Source of the DNA: Candidatus Obscuribacterales bacterium
GTDB lineage: Bacteria > Cyanobacteriota > Vampirovibrionia > Obscuribacterales > Obscuribacteraceae
Direction of reading: 5' to 3'
NCBI GenBank assembly: GCA_965228855.1
Contig: CBDDIJ010000005.1
Location: 960,001-1,024,000 of the forward strand
DNA: 64,000 nucleotides
Position numbers and translations under genes: made by a program. This document shows positions 58,709-64,000 of the stretch, one piece after another (the stretch's first letter is position 1; each line of letters begins with the position of its first letter). Below the pieces are notes generated by a model. The model ran no database searches. It was not told the DNA's origin and saw only the letters and a list, made by a program, of their open reading frames with translations.

Positions 58709-58927
58709 AAGTAGGAACGCGCGCTTGGCGACGACAGAGGAGCTGGTTTCCAACTTCAATAACGTGGCTTCGTGATGGCAGACGAGCTGGTTTAGATGTG
58801 AGAACGAAAGGCAGATGAGCTGTTTCGACGTAAAAACGCGTGCGCAAATAGAATGCGCACGCGTTGTATGTTTTCTTCAGATAGCGGTTCGGAACCAGAA
58901 TCAGGCGCCGAAAGCGCGGCTCATCGC

Positions 58928-59629
58928 TTAACGCGAAGGCTCTTCTTCTCTGAGTACGTAGCCTTCGCCGCGAACGGTTTGAATCAGACGCTTGGCGTTG
59001 CCGTCTTCCAGTTTCGAGCGGAGGTACCGGATGTACACTTCAATGACGTTTGATTCGCCGATGAAATCGTAACCCCAGACCTTATCGAAGATGAACTCAC
59101 GGGAGAGAACTTGCTCGGGATACTGCATAAACAGTCTGAGCAGGTCGAATTCCTTGGCGCGGAGGTCGAGCTGGCGTTCGCCACGCTTCACCACGCGGTT
59201 CAACTGGTCCATCCAGAGGTCGGCATATGTAAGGATGCCTTCTTGCGGTTTACGGCGCATGACTGCGCGGATTCGGGCGAGAAGCTCTTCTGTGGCGAAC
59301 GGCTTGGTCAAGTAGTCGTCAGCTCCGCTGTCCAAACCGACAACACGGTCTTGAACGCCATCTTTGGCGGTCAACATAATCACAGGCACTTTCGACATGG
59401 CTCTGAGGCGTTTGCAAACCTCAACACCGTCGAGTCCAGGAAGCATCACGTCCAGCAGAACCAGATCGGGTTGCTCTTTCTTGAACAAATCCAAACCATG
59501 ATTGCCTTCGTGAGCTACATGTACTTGGTAGCCTTCGTAGCCCAGCTCCAGCTCGATTAGACGCGCAATATTCACGTCGTCTTCGATGATAAGGATTTTC
59601 AAGGATGATCCCTCGTTTCCACTTGCCAC
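58928..59629 (-). CDS. OmpR-family response regulator (no adjacent kinase)
   Basis: IIEDD, LDVMLP, LTAKD, GADDYLTKPF and IQTVRGEGY motifs. The start may be the downstream TTG. Confidence 0.95.
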   Translation of the reverse strand: MASGNEGSSLKILIIEDDVNIARLIELELGYEGYQVHVAHEGNHGLDLFKKEQPDLVLLDVMLPGLDGVEVCKRLRAMSKVPVIMLTAKDGVQDRVVGLDSGADDYLTKPFATEELLARIRAVMRRKPQEGILTYADLWMDQLNRVVKRGERQLDLRAKEFDLLRLFMQYPEQVLSREFIFDKVWGYDFIGESNVIEVYIRYLRSKLEDGNAKRLIQTVRGEGYVLREEEPSR

Positions 59630-60064
59630 GATTTCATTAACCCCCGTTCAGTCTCTTACGCCTATTTTCTTTGCCGTTTTTCGAAGTCCTATCATGCTAG
59701 CTGAAATCACTTTCACGTACAGCAATTTCTTCGGAATATTGCAGGCATTATTAAATGCCTCCATTTGTCTCCCAATAATCCCCCACCTGGCTAAGTTGCA
59801 AGGTAGAAGATGATCGGCTCCTCAGGCAATACTCCGCAATTTGACTCAACATTCGACAGAACATCGTCAAGAGCTGGGTATAGCTGTCAGGTGGACCTCT
59901 TCCTGAAGCCACTCCATTAAAACATAGAATCTACCACTTGTTTAATCTTTGGAACAGATTCAGCTTGTCAGGTAGTCATAATTTGTAGCCCGGTTGTCAT
60001 CCAGCCGCGAAGTCAAGAATAGATTGGGATGAAAAGCGTTCTTAGGGATGGGTAAGCGTTCTAA

Positions 60065-61762
60065 ATGGAAAGCGCGCTCACAATTGAGAAAGGATTCGAA
60101 GACCTCGCGGCGCAAACGTTTCGCTTCGACCGCCAGGCTATCGCTTTGCTTGGAATCAGAACATCAAGCGTTGTCGCGACCATCCTTTCAATCCCCGATG
60201 CCATCGCGCTTATCCCCGGAAGCACGACCTTCACCGCCTGGATTCTGGCGATAGTCGGATGCTGGATCACGGCGCTGGTTTTATGGTTCGTGTTCTTTGT
60301 GGGCTTCCTCAACGCCATCCGACTGATCACCGGCGGTATAAAGGTAGGTCCAGCCGGCATAAAGCTATGGCGTTTCGGTCGCCTGCTCCCCTGGGATTCA
60401 ATTATTGCCGTATCTATAGAGGATGAAGGAGTTTTTTCAAGGCTTTTCTCATTCGACCGCAATGTGAAACGCCTGACAGTCTTCACTCACGTAGAAAGCA
60501 AGTCTGCATTCTTGCGGGCGATGGTGGTTCCGCATTACGTTGCATCCTTTTATTATTCGGAAACTGACTTCAAAGACCTCTGCCGCAGTATCGCAAAGTA
60601 TCGTTTCTCCTTAGACATCAGCGACCGCCCGATACTGCTCACCCCGCAAGCCGAAATTCCGCCTCTGCGCAAAGCGCACCAGGTCATGCGCTGGCAACGA
60701 GTTTTAGTTTCCATCGTAATCACGCTCAGCGTCGGCATGTTTCTCGGTCGCAAGGCGGTTGTGTTTTACTCCTACAATGAAGGGCAAAAGGCTTATCGGC
60801 TGAAGGATTTCGCAAGAGCGGAGCAACGGTTTATGACCGCGGTTTCAATCGAAAAAGGTTTCGCTCCAGCCTGGCACGGTTTAGCAAGTTCGGAATTCCA
60901 TCTCGGAAAGGTTGCCGAGGCGCAGCTACACTGGAAGGAAGCGTTGAAGTGGAAACCGGATTATGTCGAAGCAAAAGTCAGTCTGGCATACATGGACTTG
61001 CAGCAGCGAAAGTTTGAGGATGCTGAGAAGCTCATCAACAGTGCTTTAGCATTGGCTCCAGCCAATCCTACCGCTCTTCTGAATCGCGCGGACTTGAATT
61101 TGCGAACCGGACACATTCTCGAGGCGACGCAAGATGCAAGGCTCGTTGTCGCACAAACAGAAACACCACCGGCCGATCGGGACGTCTTTATGGCGACGTG
61201 TTTGCTGGCGCAGGCAAAACTCTTGCAGGGAAAGCCCACCGAAGCAGCAGAGATGTTGGCACCACTGCCGGTGACAGAGGCGCGATTAGGTATGGGCGAA
61301 AATTTGACCTATCGCCTCATCGTCGGCTCGCAAATCGCCCTTGCGCTAGGGCAAACCAACAAAGCGGAACGTCTGGCACGGCTTGCCGTGACGCGGGGAG
61401 CAACGCTCGATTCACTGTTGCAAATGGCCGAGGTTGAGATCGCGCGAAAAGATTATGAGGTTGCACAATCGATCGTCGAGCGCTGTCAGACCATGATGCC
61501 GACGAATCCATGGGTCTATATAGCTGCAAGTGAGATAAACATTGAACGCGATCGCTTTGAGCAGGCGTGCTCAAATCTACAGGGCGCACTTAAGTGTGAG
61601 CCGCTCGATGCCCTGTCCTTGGCGCGTATCGCCAAGCTATACGAACGGGCAGGTCGGGCGGACCAGGCGATCAGCGCCGCAAAATCGGCAATGAAGCTGG
61701 AACCCGCCAGTCAGATGGCGAAAGCAATCCTCGATAAATTAGATCCAATTGCTTCAAATTGA
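60065..61762 (+). CDS. membrane protein with C-terminal TPR array
   Basis: 2-3 TMs, a PH-like segment (LPWDSI) and many TPRs. Confidence 0.8.
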   Translation: MESALTIEKGFEDLAAQTFRFDRQAIALLGIRTSSVVATILSIPDAIALIPGSTTFTAWILAIVGCWITALVLWFVFFVGFLNAIRLITGGIKVGPAGIKLWRFGRLLPWDSIIAVSIEDEGVFSRLFSFDRNVKRLTVFTHVESKSAFLRAMVVPHYVASFYYSETDFKDLCRSIAKYRFSLDISDRPILLTPQAEIPPLRKAHQVMRWQRVLVSIVITLSVGMFLGRKAVVFYSYNEGQKAYRLKDFARAEQRFMTAVSIEKGFAPAWHGLASSEFHLGKVAEAQLHWKEALKWKPDYVEAKVSLAYMDLQQRKFEDAEKLINSALALAPANPTALLNRADLNLRTGHILEATQDARLVVAQTETPPADRDVFMATCLLAQAKLLQGKPTEAAEMLAPLPVTEARLGMGENLTYRLIVGSQIALALGQTNKAERLARLAVTRGATLDSLLQMAEVEIARKDYEVAQSIVERCQTMMPTNPWVYIAASEINIERDRFEQACSNLQGALKCEPLDALSLARIAKLYERAGRADQAISAAKSAMKLEPASQMAKAILDKLDPIASN

Positions 61763-61809
61763 TCTGTCCAAAAATCAAGTGACGCGTATAGACCTTAGCG
61801 GGATGGCTG

Positions 61810-63264
61810 GTGAAAACCAGGAGCACTCGCATGGAAACATCCCGCCACGAAGCCGACACTCCATCGACTTCGAATACCCACTCACAACAGAACCCGTTGG
61901 ATCTGTTAGCACTTTCACAAGTCCAACCACGTTCTCAGAATACCTCGCCGCTGGAAAGCCCTGCCAGCGATGAGCGAGAAAAGGAAAAGAGTTTCGCTGC
62001 TCAAGCAACGGAATGGCTTAGCGACCGGATTTTCGGCTGCGAACCAAACCCGCTATTTGAAGAATCACTCTGGCTGGCGGCCAATGCGCTCTACGATAGC
62101 TCCTGGAGAAACGACATATACGAGGGCTTTCAGAAGGGCGATGCATGCAAAATGAAAACCGACAACGGAGCGATTGTCGAAGCAAACAAAGTGCTCGACA
62201 TGACTGAGGATCCGTACACGGTCGTACTACCCAAAGAGACGACGGAACAATTCAATCAGCACGTTGAAGGCACTAGAGAGTCGCTCGGCATCGGCATTCA
62301 ACTCGTTGAGAAAAACAATCATCATCAAGCAAAATCAAATATCATCGGAACGGTCTTCCCCGGTAGTCCAGCCGACAAAGCGGGTCTCAAGCCCGGCGAT
62401 CGAATTCTATCGGCAAACGGCGAGTCAACTACAAATTCGGACGAAGAGACAATCATGGGTCTGCTTCATGGAGACGAAGGCACCAGCGTAGCATTGAAGA
62501 TCGATCGCGACGGCAAAACATTCGATGCTCGCGCAGAACGTGCCGACGTCGTCGAGCCCGCTACAATAAGTAAGATGGTAAATGGAGATACGCTCTATGT
62601 GCGCATGTTCGACTTCTTGAATCAGAAAACTGATGTCGAACTCGAGAAAGCGCTAAAGGATAACCCCAATGCAAAATCGATACTGCTCGATCTGCGCGGT
62701 AACGGTGGTGGCAGGCTAGACGAGATGATGGAAACCGTTTCGCTCGTGATGGACCAGGGCCTGCTATTCAAAGAGAAACTGCGAGATATGGATAGAGACA
62801 AGATTGTCGAGACTTCCGCAAATCTTGATGAAGACTCGATTTCGATAGTCGGCGGTCACCCGATCGTCAATCAAGTTCCTCGCCACGCTAATCTCACTGG
62901 CGATAAACCGCTCGTAATTCTGACCGACAAAGACACGGCATCAGCGGCGGAATTGTTTACAGCCGCTCTAAAAGACAATAATCGCGGTTATGTTATCGGC
63001 GATACTACGTTCGGAAAAGGTGTAGGTCAAAGCACGCATGAACTGAGCAATGGCGCGATGCTTCTGGTAACCAGCGCACGATACGAAAGACCCAATGGTC
63101 AGTGGGTCGGCGATGGTCACTTCAACAAGATAGGTATCAAGCCGGACTACACTCTTTACAGTTCAGCACCTGCAGACCAATACGCGCCGACCTCGAAGGA
63201 AGACAATCAATATCAATTTGCCCTGGGCTGGCTGAAGCGCGCTGAAAGAACCAGAGGAAACTGA
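61810..63264 (+). CDS. S41 C-terminal processing peptidase (CtpA-like) with PDZ domain
   Basis: GIGI..SPADKAGL PDZ, LDLRGNGGG, TASAAE and TFGKG motifs. Confidence 0.9.
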   Translation: MKTRSTRMETSRHEADTPSTSNTHSQQNPLDLLALSQVQPRSQNTSPLESPASDEREKEKSFAAQATEWLSDRIFGCEPNPLFEESLWLAANALYDSSWRNDIYEGFQKGDACKMKTDNGAIVEANKVLDMTEDPYTVVLPKETTEQFNQHVEGTRESLGIGIQLVEKNNHHQAKSNIIGTVFPGSPADKAGLKPGDRILSANGESTTNSDEETIMGLLHGDEGTSVALKIDRDGKTFDARAERADVVEPATISKMVNGDTLYVRMFDFLNQKTDVELEKALKDNPNAKSILLDLRGNGGGRLDEMMETVSLVMDQGLLFKEKLRDMDRDKIVETSANLDEDSISIVGGHPIVNQVPRHANLTGDKPLVILTDKDTASAAELFTAALKDNNRGYVIGDTTFGKGVGQSTHELSNGAMLLVTSARYERPNGQWVGDGHFNKIGIKPDYTLYSSAPADQYAPTSKEDNQYQFALGWLKRAERTRGN

Positions 63265-63275
63265 GTATCGCCGAA

Positions 63276-64000
63276 TCACTTCTTCGGCGAGTCGATCTCA
63301 GTCGGCACAACCGGCTTCATTCCTTTCGTTCGTTCCATCAAAACCTTGTCAGCCTTCTCGCGCATCTTTCGGAGCTGATCTGACTTTGCAATCAACTCTC
63401 CGGCAACGATGTTCTTCAGACGATCAACGAAGTAGCCATCGACTTTCAGATAGAACGGTCCGGTTGGCTGTTTAATGACATAAAAATTGCCATCAGCCAT
63501 CTTGCCGAATACGAAATTCAACCTGCCACCGCCTTTTTTGGTGATGGTATATGAGAACGCCGGCGACGTAAGTCCGTACGAAGGTGCGTTTTCCGTACCC
63601 AATACATCCGACACATCAATGCCTCCAGCATTCTCAAGAACCTCACCACCGGTCAGGGCGTCGACGGTCGTGGTTTTGTCACGACTGGTGAGATCGAATG
63701 CCTTCTGTCTTCTAGCAAGCTTCAACTGTGGCAAATCAACGGCGATGATGTTATCCGGCTCAACATGCAGAATGCCGCGATCGATCCAGTCATCGACATT
63801 GGTACTCGCATTTTGCGATGGAAGCTCAACCGCGTTGATTTCGGTCTGCCGAGCAATTCTGAAGTGGACCTTGTTGAAGCCGGCCGCAGAGCCGATTAAA
63901 TATGTGTCGACTTCTTTTCCAGCCGCGCTCAAAGTGATTTTCTCTTGAAAATTATTGTCAGCGACACGGAATCGCGGTGCAGCATCTTCTGTTTTCGCAA
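63276..64000 (-). CDS. DUF4340-like protein, C-terminal part (runs off window end)
   Basis: The frame stays open to the window end. AAPRFRVADNNFQEKITL..YLIGSAAGF..HFR and YGLTSP resemble DUF4340. Confidence 0.65.
   Translation of the reverse strand, partial: AKTEDAAPRFRVADNNFQEKITLSAAGKEVDTYLIGSAAGFNKVHFRIARQTEINAVELPSQNASTNVDDWIDRGILHVEPDNIIAVDLPQLKLARRQKAFDLTSRDKTTTVDALTGGEVLENAGGIDVSDVLGTENAPSYGLTSPAFSYTITKKGGGRLNFVFGKMADGNFYVIKQPTGPFYLKVDGYFVDRLKNIVAGELIAKSDQLRKMREKADKVLMERTKGMKPVVPTEIDSPKK

Overview
Chromosomal, mostly housekeeping and signalling segment. The likely source is a non-photosynthetic cyanobacterial relative (Vampirovibrionia/Melainabacteria, Obscuribacterales-like). This is inferred from a GuaB3-type IMPDH, a C-DES-type cystine lyase, atpD/atpC lying apart from the other atp genes, many TPR/Sel1/Ser-Thr kinase/matrixin proteins, and no photosynthesis genes in the window. 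Core genes: ftsH 5' end, tilS, tRNA-CAU, pyrE, guaB3, htrA, aldehyde dehydrogenase, atpD, atpC, ybaK, lysS, gyrA and an S41 protease. No transposase, integrase, phage gene or CRISPR array was seen. Main observations: (1) A tandem array at 21.1-24.8 kb holds four separately transcribed genes for a secreted, VirB2/TrbC-pilin-like protein. The C-terminal 108 aa are identical in all copies while signal peptides, synonymous sites and spacers have diverged. Each copy has its own sigma70 promoter and terminator and a shared 5'UTR motif, and a FliB-like CxxCxxCC protein lies upstream. (2) A divergent ClpP with a basic tail sits between atpD and atpC. (3) Several long intergenic spacers fold into nested helices, including a dispersed CTTAGG..TCTA/TAGA..CCTAA foldback family and a ~400-nt ncRNA candidate next to lysS. 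(4) Several apparent pseudo-enzymes are present, one with a probable ATC start codon. All family assignments come from motif recognition by eye; no searches or folding programs were run.
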